A stretch of 59,982 bases of DNA, the filler included, from Dugesia japonica (lineage: Eukaryota): assembly GCA_001938525.1 (NCBI GenBank). It is 5 parts of 5 records of this genome, joined end to end, with 100 filler letters (N's around TTAATTAATTAA, not from the genome) between each part and the next. Parts side by side here need not be neighbours in the genome. Positions count along the whole stretch, not along the records: positions 1 to 14,657 come from MQRL01600828.1; positions 14,758 to 24,977 come from MQRL01583016.1; 3 more parts are not named here. One strand, 5' to 3'. Position 1 is the first letter of the stretch. Each line of letters begins with the position of its first letter. Made by a program: the position numbers and the translations under genes. The notes below the pieces were generated by a model that saw nothing but the letters and a program-made list of their open reading frames with translations, was not told the origin of the DNA and searched no databases. This document shows, piece by piece, positions 12,765 through 25,077 of this stretch.

Positions 12765-14518
12765 TCAAATCGGTAATGATAAATCTAATGTGCCCCATAA
12801 TGAAATTCTGATACTTTTGACTAGTCCTATTTGATGCATTACATCATAAATTTTATTCACCAATTCTTTTGTTTCAATTACCATACTCATTCTTGGGCAT
12901 CGATTAAAACACAAATCGAGTATTTGTAAATGACAATCCGGTTCTGAGGCTTGTCGTAAAAGAATAAGAATACCATGAAGAGATATGTTACATCGTTTTA
13001 AATAAACTTCACGTAGAGTTCGTTTCATCGTTAAAATATCTTTTAAAATCTCAACGCCTTCATCTCCAATAGCATTATCACTGAGATCTATAGACGTTAA
13101 ACCTTTATTCATTAATAAAGCATTATTAATTGTTAAACAATCAGATTTCGATAAACCAATCATAGCAAGAGAAATCGATTTCAAATTATTATTATATGCT
13201 AACCCAGATGCTAAATATGTTATATCTTTATTTTGAAGTTTATTCATACTCATATTTAACTGTTTTAATGAATAATTGAGTTTTAATGATTCATACAGTG
13301 TTTTTTGATATTTCATATTTGTTAATTTCAACTCTAAACTAATTAATGGCAATTTCGTTAAAATATAAATACTATTTTCTGACATATTTTCAAGATCATT
13401 ATGACTGAGACTCAATGATTTTAAATGAAACTTCAAAGTATTCTGTGAAAGAACGTCTAAAAACTCTTCAATTCCAGTAGCAGTCAACGAGCAACAAGTT
13501 AAATCTAAAGTTTCAATACTATTTTTCAATTGAAACAATGACTGAATATGCTTCAATCCAACATCAGTAACTGGATTTGTACTGATATCAAGTTTCTTTA
13601 AAACTTTCAACGATTTTAAGCCTTGTATGAGATTGTATGTATCTTCTCCATTTAGATTACATGAGGAAATTATAATTTCTTGACAACATTGAAAATCTTC
13701 ATTGATTTTCGAAAATAAATACCAAAATTGATTTGGTAAATTCAAATCATTCAAATGAATATTAATAAATAGCATTTTCTGACTTTCCGGTTTTATAATA
13801 AAGTTTTCAGTTTGATAATTAATATGGATTAAAGATGAATTATAAATCAATGATTTAATTCTTTCAGTTTCATCTGTCGAATTCTGTAATAAACTAATAA
13901 AATTGATTACGTAATAAATCTGATCGATTACAGATGAAAGAAATTTTTCTGATCTATTTAAATTGTAAAACAAAGACGATTTCTCATTGATTATAACAAA
14001 AAGAAACGTTGATAGTTTGCAAATATTTGCTTCGGAAAACACGAATTTATTGAAGAATAATTGNNNNNNNNNNNNNNNNNNNNNNNNNNNNNNNNNNNNN
14101 NNNNNNNNNNNNNNNNNNNNNNNNNNNNNNNNNNNNNNNNNNNNNNNNNNNNNNNNNNNNNNNNNNTAAACAGATTTCAGAAAATTTTGAAAAAGAAATT
14201 CATAAACATGATTTCCATATTCGTTTAGCTGGGAATTTGTTGAAAACTTTTCCGATTCTGGTGTGAATACAGAGTCATGTTCATTTCCAATTGAACTATA
14301 ATTAAATGATGGACGTTTTTTAATTCTAGAATATGATGATTCAACTGTCGACTGAAGTTCTGGAGTTATTGGATATTCTTCGACAAAATCTTCATTTACT
14401 TTTAATGTTATATAATTATCGCTATTTATTGTATTAACAAATGGGCCATTTTCATAGGGTGTTGTTATTTGTGGTTTGTCAATTATATCGACTTTGAGAT
14501 TCGGTTGATAATTGAAAT
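12765..14518 (-). CDS. Ribonuclease-inhibitor-type leucine-rich repeat protein (probably the last exon of a host gene)
   Basis: Repeats LxxLdLsxNxixdxG (LKKLDISTNPVTDVG, LTSIDLSDNAIGDEG, LREVYLKRCNISLHG). A pyrimidine-rich acceptor ttttatatctag precedes 14518, and AATAAA follows the stop. There is an internal N gap. Confidence 0.8.
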
Positions 14519-14657
14519 CTAGATATAAAATACAAAACATGAGAAAGTTATCTAAAATTTCTTTTTACTAAAACAATAAAATTAAATCATTTGTCAACAT
14601 TAAGGCAACGATGCTCCGGTTATAATAAACAATAATAAATAATAATTGTTTTGTGGT

Positions 14658-14757
14658 NNNNNNNNNNNNNNNNNNNNNNNNNNNNNNNNNNNNNNNNNNN
14701 NTTAATTAATTAANNNNNNNNNNNNNNNNNNNNNNNNNNNNNNNNNNNNNNNNNNNN
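14658..14757. other. Artificial scaffold linker N44-TTAATTAATTAA-N44
   Basis: Exact 100-bp spacer with stops in all six frames; occurs four times. Confidence 0.97.
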
Positions 14758-17700
14758 TATTATTATTATTATTATTATTATTGAATATTAGCGATGTCAC
14801 AAGTGTCCATAATAAATTTTTTCAAATACAATTTAAATTGGTTTTTGTAAAAAGTCTAAAAAATGAGTATTCATTGTGAGAAAAAGTTAAAACATATATT
14901 AAAATTAAATTGTAATTTAAAATTAAATTGTAAATCGATTATTTAATCATGTTTATTTAATCAATTGATTTTTATTTATTTATTTTATTATAAAAATCTT
15001 TATTTTGATTTTTTTTATATAAGACGCAAAAGAATTAAGTAATATTGGCAAGAAAATAAATCAAGGATAATTTCTCCCCAATGATTTATCGTTTGATCAA
15101 ATTTTAGTTAATATATCTAAGATTCATCTCTTATCATTTGATTATTCCAAATCAATGAATATTCACTCCCCCATAATAATTGTTCGTCCTAGAGTAATAA
15201 TTAACTAAACTCTATTTTCAATTTGTAATGACCCTGGTGAAGTTTGATTATCATTTGACTGATAGTCATTTTTACTATTATTTTCGCTGAAAAAGAAAAT
15301 CTTTTGTAACTATTTTATAAAAATTAAAATGTATTCATAAATTTAATTTGTTATTTGTTGTAATTATGTCAATGCAAAATTTTTTATTCAAATATTTTAT
15401 TTGTTTGAATTTAACAGAGAAATTTTAATTCAAATCTTCTAGAAAAATCGTAATTCCTTAATTTAGTTTGGAAAAATATGTAAACAAATCTTAAGTTTGT
15501 GTTAATAAACACTAAATTGTAAATTGAAATTTGATTGATGAACGCATGTAAATAATTGTGTTATAAAATATTCGAATTTCATATTTAGTGTTTGTGTGTA
15601 ATCTAATACTATTGGTCAGTTCGTGATTATTTGTGAAATTGAGTATAAGTGCATAATTATCAATGAAACCTCTTTTGTATGTGCATATTCGAGTGTGTGT
15701 ACGTGTGTGTATTAATACAACAATTTACATTAAACAAAAACAGAAATTATAAAAATAGACATTATTTATAATTTCCAAGAGATTGAATAGTAGCCGACAA
15801 GGAATAATATAAATTTAAAGAAGTATAATTGAAATATACAAATAAATTCATTCTAAACATTTCCAGCACGGAATGTTTACTTGTTTGTTGTATAAGATTT
15901 TGTTATTATTTTCCGAACTATTTCTCAATTCACGGGTACAACAAACCTAAAATTTTGGAGAAAATATTATATTTAAGCTTTTTTATTGAACTAATCGACC
16001 ATAAGATTATTTGTTGGATTTGGTCATAGATCGCTTTTTATAAAGATTTTCATTAATTTCTTGTTAAAGATCCGAATGTTATCAAATTAGTTAAGGATTT
16101 TGATTAAAAGCTATTTAAAATTTGCTTGCTAAACAAGATTATCAATTTAATTGTGACGAGTGTGATGTAACTTACATTGTTGAGAAAAAACTTCATTTTC
16201 GCACACGTGTTAGTTAGCATATGCAATTGAGTTGAAAAAGTTTGGTGTGAAAAAAGTCTTTTGTTGTAGAAAAAGAAAAAGCAATATAAGCATTGATGAG
16301 TTTTTACTATTTTGAACAATGGTTTTGGTAATTGATTTTAAAAAATTCCGGGCGAATCTTTGATATTTGGGTAACATAACCAAATTATTCTTAATTACGC
16401 GCTTTTACTTTAGAATTAATTTTAACATTTATTTTATTGGATTGATTATGTTAAAGGTTTCATTGGCCAGTATATAAACAGTTCTCTGTCTTGGTTTACG
16501 ACATTAACTAATTATGGTCATAATTTATTCAAAACGTATTTTATAAATAAGAAATGTTATTTAATATTTTTGAGATTTGGTAAACTGAGGAAAAAACGGA
16601 ATTCAGAAATTAGTTTCTTCCGCTTTTGATTAAACTACAGAAGCATCACCAAATAGTTCATTCAATCACTTGACCTTCATCAACCAAACCAGAGACGAAC
16701 TAACAATCATTCTACACAATCAATATTCAACTAAACAATTTTGCAAAACAATTTCAGACTCTTCTAGTCTAAATGGCATCAATTTCCATCACCTCAAGAG
16801 ATATTCCATCTAAATTATTGATATGTTAATTCTTTTGTAAATGTTTACCATTATTTCTATATCGTCATTATCGCAATCTACTTAGCTGAGTGAATTTCGA
16901 GGTTAACCTTCAAAATGTTTTAGTTTGGTAGCAAAAGGATCTGAAGTGGTGGATTTTTCCAAAAATAAAGGAGTGCCAATAATTACGGTTTGGCGTGGTT
17001 TGTAAAAGATCGTGTGACGGAACCATAGTTCATTAATAATCATATTGTATCACATTAAATTGAGGAACCAAATAATACCCAAATTGAAAATTTATTACGT
17101 GTATTTTTTCTACTACTCTCTCATAGTAGTCCCAAACAAGCAGACACTCCACTGCAACAAGAGATTAATTGAATGACAATGTTTCTATCTGGATTGTAAG
17201 ATGTGATTGTCTGGAAATTGTAAATCGCTACCACATGTAAATGTTTACTGACAGAAAGCCCTGTGAATAAATGAGCTCAAATTGGTAGAAATATGGAAAT
17301 GCTGCATCAAATTCCTGAGATTCTTTCATAAATTATAAACCGAAAACACAATTTTTAAATAAATTTTGCGAATCAACTCATAAACTTTTATAAAAATTGA
17401 AACCTACGCCTACACTCCAAATTATCTTATTGACTCGATTATAAGATCAGATTTCCCGCCAAAATATTAATTAAAAACAAAAGTTATCTCGCATTCGGTC
17501 TTATCGATTGTTCAGAGGTTTTGTACATGAATTTTCACAGAATAAGAATTATCTAATAATACCTCGAATCGGACTCGTCTTATATTCGGATAATATCCTA
17601 GTGTCACTGGCATCATTATACCATGTTTCGTTTATTACAAGCCATTCNNNNNNNNNNNNNNNNNNNNNNNNNNNNNNNNNNNNNNNNNNNNNNNNNNNNN

Positions 17701-17879
17701 NNNNNNNNNNNNNNNNNNNNNNNNNNNNAAATTTTAATTAAAAATTTCATCTTTTAGGCCAATCCATGATTACATTTTGCACACCAAAGATGTTTTACAC
17801 GAGAATGGTTAGGTGACGGAAATCTAATGAACATTGATTATTAAATTTAGTCGATTGTGGATGAACTGTGAGAGCAGAG

Positions 17880-18270
17880 TATAGTGAGAGAAAGCTGTTA
17901 CTTCCGATATTTAAAGAAATTTTGTTCGATTAGATAATCGATTGCATAATAACGTACTTAATCGTAAAATGTTCAAAAATATACGAACAAGCAATCCAAT
18001 TCTATAAACAAGACAATGATATAAGTTTATCTGCTTCAAATAAATAATTTGACGGGTTTTTTAAGAGATATGAGCTAACACTAAGAAGATCTATTTCTCT
18101 TTATAAATTATAGAATATATAATTATTCAAATAGCTTTAACAAACAAATAATTCATTGATCAGCTGGATGTCGGTAAATATTTGCCCGAATACTGTAAAA
18201 CTATGGACGAAACGGCGGTTTTTTAAGGTGAGAATGCGCAAACAACTACTGATATGCGTGGAAGTATTAG
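17880..18270 (+). pseudogene. pogo/Tigger-like transposase remnant
   Basis: SASNK*FDGFFKRYELTLRR resembles the end of a CENP-B-type HTH, followed by MDETAVF*...TTTDMRGS (first Asp of a DDD domain); many stops. Confidence 0.6.
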
Positions 18271-19139
18271 GTAGTTGCATTAATTCTCGCTGTTTTTTAA
18301 TAATAAGAAGAGATGTAAATAAAAACTCCAAAAACATTTATTTTTACATAACATCTCATTCAAAGTAGCGTCCATCATTGCTAACAACATTTTCCCACTT
18401 TCTGCAACAAGCAAATTCCACGTGGAAAAAATGTTCTTCTTTGGAATTTCCCCGGACCTGGACGTTGTTTGTCCTGCAAATCAAAGTCAGCCATTTTGAA
18501 TTGCCGAAACTATTNNNNNNNNNNNNNNNNNNNNNNNNNNNNNNNNNNNNNNNNNNNNNNNNNNNNNNNNNNNNNNNNNNNNNNNNNNNNNNNNNNNNNN
18601 NNNNNNNNNNNNNNNNNNNNNNNNAAATGTGCGTTTTTTGGAATAAAACTAGTCATATTAAATGAATCAGTTTTCGTTTGCTTTACAACTTAACTAAATA
18701 ATAGATCATTATTGTAACGTTTACATATTAATACTTAACAAATCTTGCCAATTGATTTATATTATCGCTGAAATATTTAATAAGTTAGTTAAATAAAATA
18801 AACATCGATAATTAATGCAACTACCTAATACATAAATATATTTTCCATCAAATAGTTATGAAAATGCAAGGATTACATGTATTTTTGGGCATCAACTGAA
18901 TTTTACAATTTATTCCTGTTTTACTATATTACTAAGACTCGAAAATTTATTTTTCTACTTTATACAAATCATTCTCCTGTTTTTTTTATTTTTTATTAAA
19001 GAAATTACAAGTCATGGCTTTTAATATGTGAAATATTAACAAACAAATCAGTTCAATAATTCGAACTAAATAGGAAATTACAAAGATTTATTTGTTGTAT
19101 TGAATTTCTATTTTACTTTACAATTACAATTATTGTGAG

Positions 19140-21080
19140 AATAATTCTTGGACGTAGCAATTAATCGTTTTTCAGATTTCATTAAAAGGAAAGCGTCGAT
19201 AATTTTTTTTATTTTTCAAAATGTCTGGACGTTCGTTATTCACATTCGTATTTGCTTAATTTTTGAACTTATTTCTGAAAACTTTCATTTTCCAGTTTTT
19301 TATTTCTTTGTGTTCCTGATAATTCGTGTAAGACAATTCTTCTTCTAAAGAGAATTCCAAAAGGAGATGTACAAGTCAATTTTTGTTGTGTTGCATTTAT
19401 TACAAACTGAGTTCGTGGAAGTAATTTGTCCCAACCTGATTCCGTGCAGCCATTCTTTATCTTTGTTACCATCATATCTCGAAGTGTTCTAATATTTCGT
19501 TCTGCTAAACCATTTGATTGATGCTGATATTGGGACGAAAATTCTTGTTGAATCTCAAACATCTATGCAAGTGACCGCATTAACTCTCCTTCAATAATTT
19601 TTGCTCTGTCGGTCAAAAATGATTTTGGGTTACCTAAACAATATATCCAGTTTTCCTTTATTGTCTCAACTACCGATGTTTTATCCTGTTTACTTAACAC
19701 TACGAATGACACTAACTTACTATACCTATCAATCATAACGAGAACATATTTCCTTTTGGTTTTCACTTCTGGAAAGTAAGCGATGTCCATGATAACCTGT
19801 TCTAATGGTCCAAATTCTGTTCTTNGAATAAGAAATTCCTTTGTTTGTCCAGTATGCGTTTTACGCATGTTACATTTCATACATTTTGTAGTTCATGTTT
19901 TACATTTCTTCGCATATTTGGCCAAAAATAACTTATATTCAAATATATCATAAATTTTTGGCCTCCCATGTGACATAATTCATCGTGCATGAGATCTATA
20001 AGGTCGGGTATCAATTTTCCTTCCAATAAAATTCTTTTCATGTCTCCTTCATTGATATTCCGTATCTTATACTCCAACTCAAACTTTACTGTTTGGAAAA
20101 ATATTTACTTTTGGTGATCATTATGCCAAGTTTATTATTTCTCATTTCACTTTCAATATATCCAATGATTTCTCTCGTTATTGGATCGTTTCTCTGTACT
20201 TCTTTAATATGGATTCTATCAAATTTTTATTTTTTCTGAAATGTTGATTTTTTTNNAACTCGGGATCGTTTCCATTTGGCGTCTTGGTGTATAGTTTGAC
20301 ATTGCGAACAAAGACTCTCTCCTATCCTTGAAAGTCCATAAGCATTTCCATGAGCTGGTTTTTTCAGAATACTAGATCAAAATTAAATTTTGCTAAATTT
20401 TTCACCCATGTTTGAAACGGAGAACTAATGAGCTTACTAGTCTTCATCATAAAAATCAATGCTTTGTGATCCGTTCTAGCTCTAAATTTCTTGCCATACA
20501 AATANNNNNNNNNNNNNNNNNNNNNNNNNNNNNNNNNNNNNNNNNNNNNNNNNNNNNNNNNNNNNNNNNNNNNNNNNNNNNNNNNNNNNNNNNNNNNNNN
20601 NNNNNNNNNNNNNNNNNNNNNNNNNNNNNNNNNNNNNNNNNNNNNNNNNNNNNNNNNNNAAATGCTTTAAAAGTAGCATCAGTATCCAATATTATTTCGC
20701 CCATATTATTTGGAAAAGTCAAGATCAGAGCACCACACAATTTTATTTTCAAAGATTGAAAACTATTTTCGCATTTTTTGTCCATTCAATGTTATTTTCT
20801 TGTCCTTTTCGTAATTGCTTACAATAGTGATTCAACTAAAGCATAATCTTTTAAAAAACGTCTGTAATACTTTGTTAATCCTAAAAACACTCGTATTTGC
20901 TTGACCAATTTTAGCGTTACGGTTTCTTGAATTTTTTGGATAGTTTTATCATTTCTTTGTACACCTGTAGCGCTAATTGTATTTCCTAAAAATTTCAGTA
21001 ACAACGATAAATCAGGTGATTCGATTCTTCTCCAAACATCCACACCCATGACTGATATTGCTGCTCCTGAATCCCACAAC
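19140..21080 (-). mobile_element. Decayed Ty3/Gypsy pol (protease fragment fused by deletion to RT thumb, RNase H, integrase)
   Basis: WDSGAAISV, FLGLTKYYRRF, ILDTDA, HDELCHMG...YFWPNM, MDIAY...IDRYSK, LTDR, QSNGLAERNIRT. Confidence 0.9.
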
Positions 21081-21203
21081 NNNNNNNNNNNNNNNNNNNN
21101 NNNNNNNNNNNNNNNNNNNNNNNNNNNNNNNNNNNNNNNNNNNNNNNNNNNNNNNNNNNNNNNNNNNNNNNNNNNNNNNNNNNNNNNNNNNNNNNNNNNN
21201 NNN

Positions 21204-24200
21204 AAGCTTATTATTATCTAATGTGTCAAGATGGTATTGTAACTGGCGAACACGCCGGAATCACAGTTCTCACAAAAAGTCAGTAGCGGATGCAAATTGT
21301 AGAATCGTTGCCAAAGAATGTTCAAGAAACAATTTGTTCAATAATAAAAAGTATTTTGGCTACAAGAAAGAAGATGCTAAAGAGTGGCTACAATCAATTG
21401 AAGATTTTGTAACCATAAATTCTTTAAATTTATCTGCAGCATTCAATTTATTGCTGCACGGTGACGCAAAGTACATCAAGTCAAAAACATTTTTGTAAAA
21501 ATCGGCGATTTGAGCCAAGTAAATCAACGATCAAATGAAAGGTATGAGGATTTTGCTATTAGAGTGAGGAAGTTGTTAAGAGAAGTTTTATCGGTGAAGC
21601 AAACAGAAGACATGATCGTGAAGGATATAATTTCAAAAGAAATGTGCTCCGGCAAAGTAAAGGAGTCAATCGCAATGAACCCAGATATGTCCTTGGAAGG
21701 AATTGAGAAATTGACGATAAATTTTGAAAATTCAATGAGTATTGAAGGAAAATCAGAGGTTATTGCAATTGGAGATAGCAAACGAGAATATAGGCCGACA
21801 TACGCAGCAGTAACAAGTATTAAAAGACCAATTAGACACAATATACCACAGGTAATCAAACCATTGGTAAATAATCAAGGAAGACAGTATTCCAACTCAA
21901 ATTGAGGACTGCAGGTTTAAGAGAGAAGACAACCTGTGGAGAGGTTGAACGAATACGATAAGTCCTAAAGACCTATGGTTTCCATGAAGCATATAGCAAG
22001 AAGAGTATATAACAAAGAGAAAGGGTTACTGCGACTTCAATCAGGGGAATGTTATTGTTGTGGTGAGTCCGGTCATGTCAGAAACAAGTGTCGATTGAAT
22101 AAGTGTTGTTTGATATGTGGTAAGGAAAATCATTTTTTTAATAATTGTAGCTTATTGAAAAATAACACAAGAAAAGTTCAGTGTATTCATGAAGAAAATA
22201 ATTCAGACGATCTAGCATATAATTATGACGATATGAAACATGATGAAAGCAGAGATTTCGAAGAAAANNNNNNNNNNNNNNNNNTATATGATCAAAACAC
22301 AAATAGACAAGATCATAATTTAAACGACAGACGCTCAATGGCATACATTTCGTCTATGGAGTGGTTGAATTAAATGCTGCAGATGCAGGAAATCGAAATG
22401 CTATGATGTTCATGAAGGCAGATGGTAGATGGTGGAGTTTGGTTGAATGTTGTGGAAAGGTGATAGAGATATTATAAGATACAGGCGCAGCAGTAACGGT
22501 GATGTTAGAAGATAAGTAGAGAATGTGCGGAAATCAGTGCTATTAGAAGGTTTTTTAGGAGTAGAAGGCGAGCTAAATTTATGAGCATGGAGGTCCATGA
22601 TAGATTTGTAAAGACCAGTGTCAGGTAGATTATAGTGCGAAATAGTTTCGGCTAAAACGTCGATGAGTATAGAAAGGAAATCTGAAAGCTTTATTGATTA
22701 AGACGCTATCTTAGATATGTCGACTGATAGGGCTTTAAAGAAAACTTTTCTTTTCACAGAAAAGCCGAAGATACGATTATTGAGGCACCACATAGTTTTT
22801 TGGAGAAGATAAGCAAGGGTGCGATTGTGGTTTCTAATTTTGATGAGATTACCGTCAATATTACGGTAATCATACATATCTATTAGAGCAGCATTCAGTG
22901 CTAAAGCAATAACATGTTTAGGAGAGTTCAAAGCTTTGGTTAGTTGGAATGGAATGATTAAGAATATCTAGATTACGGTAGTTAAAGATATAAATCCGAG
23001 TTTTGTTGGTGGTATGAATATTATTTCAGGTTTTGGATTGAAGCTTTTTTTTGAGAGTTGCAATGAATTCGATAGATTTGGAAGTCTTAGGTTTCACATA
23101 TCGGGGTGAAGAAAGAGGACAAAGAACTTTAAATATTTTTGGATCCAATAATTTGTCAAAGTGCACAGAATTAGTATTGAAATATGGTACTATTTTTATG
23201 GCTTCGGAGTTCGATTTAGAATGTACAAATATGGTAGCACATTGTATAAAAACCGTAGGGACTCCAATAAGTCAAAATCCAAGACGAATGGAGATGCAAA
23301 TGGAATCTAAAGTGGATGATATGATCTCGAATTTGTTGAAAATGGGGATAATTAGGAAATGTCATAGTCCATGGAACTCGCCATTCGTAGTTGTGGGAAA
23401 AAAGGGCGGGACGATTAGAATGGTCAGGACTATAAGAAGATTAATGAGGTTACAGAGAAATTTAGTTTCCTCATAACAGATCCGCAAACCATATTCAATA
23501 TGTTGGCTGGAGCTTCCATTTTTTCGTCATTAGATTTAGGACAAGCGTATTATCAAGTATGATTGGATGAATCTTCATAATTAAAAACAGCATTTTTGAC
23601 AAAAAATGGTCAGTTTTGCTATAACCAAATGCCATTCTGGTTGTCAACAGCCCCAGCGACTTTTCAAAGTCTCATGCATTATTCGAGTATATCCTTTATA
23701 ACGGAGTCGCGGCTTATTTAGACGATGTCTTGGTTTACGGGGCAACAGTAGCCAAACACGATAGAAACCTAGGAGGTTTATAGACAAATACAAAAAGCTG
23801 GATTAAGACTCAATCCAAAGAAGTGTAGTTTGTATAAAACTGAACTTAGTTTTTAGGTCATAAAATATCAAAAGAGGGAATAAGTACAAATAATGATATG
23901 ATTAAGAAAATTGCTGAAGCGGAAATTACAAAGTGCACTAAACAATTACGGTCATTTCTTGGCTTGGCAAATTACTACCGTAAATTTGATTTTAACTTTG
24001 CTCAAATTGCCAAACCATTATATGACGCTACTAGGAGACATGTGAAAGACAAACAATGGAATGAAGAGTGTCAAGAAATTTTCCAGAAACTCAAACATTC
24101 TTTATCAAATACTCCAGTATTGGCATTCCCAAACAAATATGATTATTTTATCTTAGACACAGATGTATGTTTTAGCGGTATTGGTGCTGTTCTTAGTCAG

Positions 24201-24975
24201 GTACAAGATGGATATGAAAAGTTTATCGCATATGGATCGAAGCTTTTAAGTGCTCATGATAAAGGGTATTGTGTGACACGGAAGGAGTTACTGGTTATAT
24301 ATAAGTATGTGCTTTACTTCAAGCGCTACTTATACGATAAGAAATTTGATATACGTACAGATCACAAAGCACTCAAATTTTTGAAGTCCACNNNNNNNNN
24401 NNNNNNNNNNNNNNNNNNNNNNNNNNNNNNNNNNNNNNNNNNNNNNNNNNNNNNNNNNNNNNNNNNNNNNNNNNNNNNTCATAACAATGCAGACGGATTA
24501 TCTAGAATATTATTGAGCTATTGCTCTCAATGTTAAAGTGAACACGTAGAAGGAAAAATAGAAAAATGCAGAGTAAGATTTTTAAATGCAATTGCATCAG
24601 ACGAATTTAATATTGAAACGTACCGTGCCGCTTAAGATGAGTATTCTGTTTTGGAAGCGATTAAATTTTTTATTATGAACCCTTCTTCGATAGTATTGTC
24701 AAAGGTACGCGGTAATATTGAGATTTCAGTGGAAAGAATGAAAGGTCAAGATGTTGAGAAGAAGGTACACAGAGTTTTTGAAGTGGGACAGGAAGTGTTG
24801 GTAAAAATAGATTCACAAAAAAGAAGAAAAGACGGTAATGTATATGAAGGTCCTATAAAAATCGTTGCTTTCTCGACGGATCATCAAGTCAAACTAGAGT
24901 ATTCAGATGGAATGAAATACAGAAGAATAGAATGGCTGAAAGATTATCACAGTTCTTAAAGAAAAGGAGAGTAAC
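21204..24975 (+). mobile_element. Decayed Ty3/Gypsy element (PBS, gag, pro, RT, RNase H, internally deleted integrase, PPT)
   Basis: PBS-like TGGCGAACACGCCGG at 21244. Knuckles CYCCGESGHVRNKC and CLICGKENHFFNNC. RT motifs SPWNSP, DLGQAYYQ, YLDD; RNase H LDTD...AYGS...RKELL; integrase tail GP..I...RRIEWLK; purine tract at 24958-24970. Confidence 0.9.
22380..22905 (-). mobile_element. Probable non-LTR (LINE) RT fragment inserted antisense into the Gypsy gag-pro junction
   Basis: More GC-rich insert replacing the protease N-terminus. Minus-strand TPKKPSNSTDFRTFS resembles the LINE RT PK...DFRPIS motif. Confidence 0.4.
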
Positions 24976-24977
24976 AA

Positions 24978-25077
24978 NNNNNNNNNNNNNNNNNNNNNNN
25001 NNNNNNNNNNNNNNNNNNNNNTTAATTAATTAANNNNNNNNNNNNNNNNNNNNNNNNNNNNNNNNNNNNNNNNNNNN
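24978..25077. other. Artificial scaffold linker
   Basis: N44-TTAATTAATTAA-N44. Confidence 0.97.
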
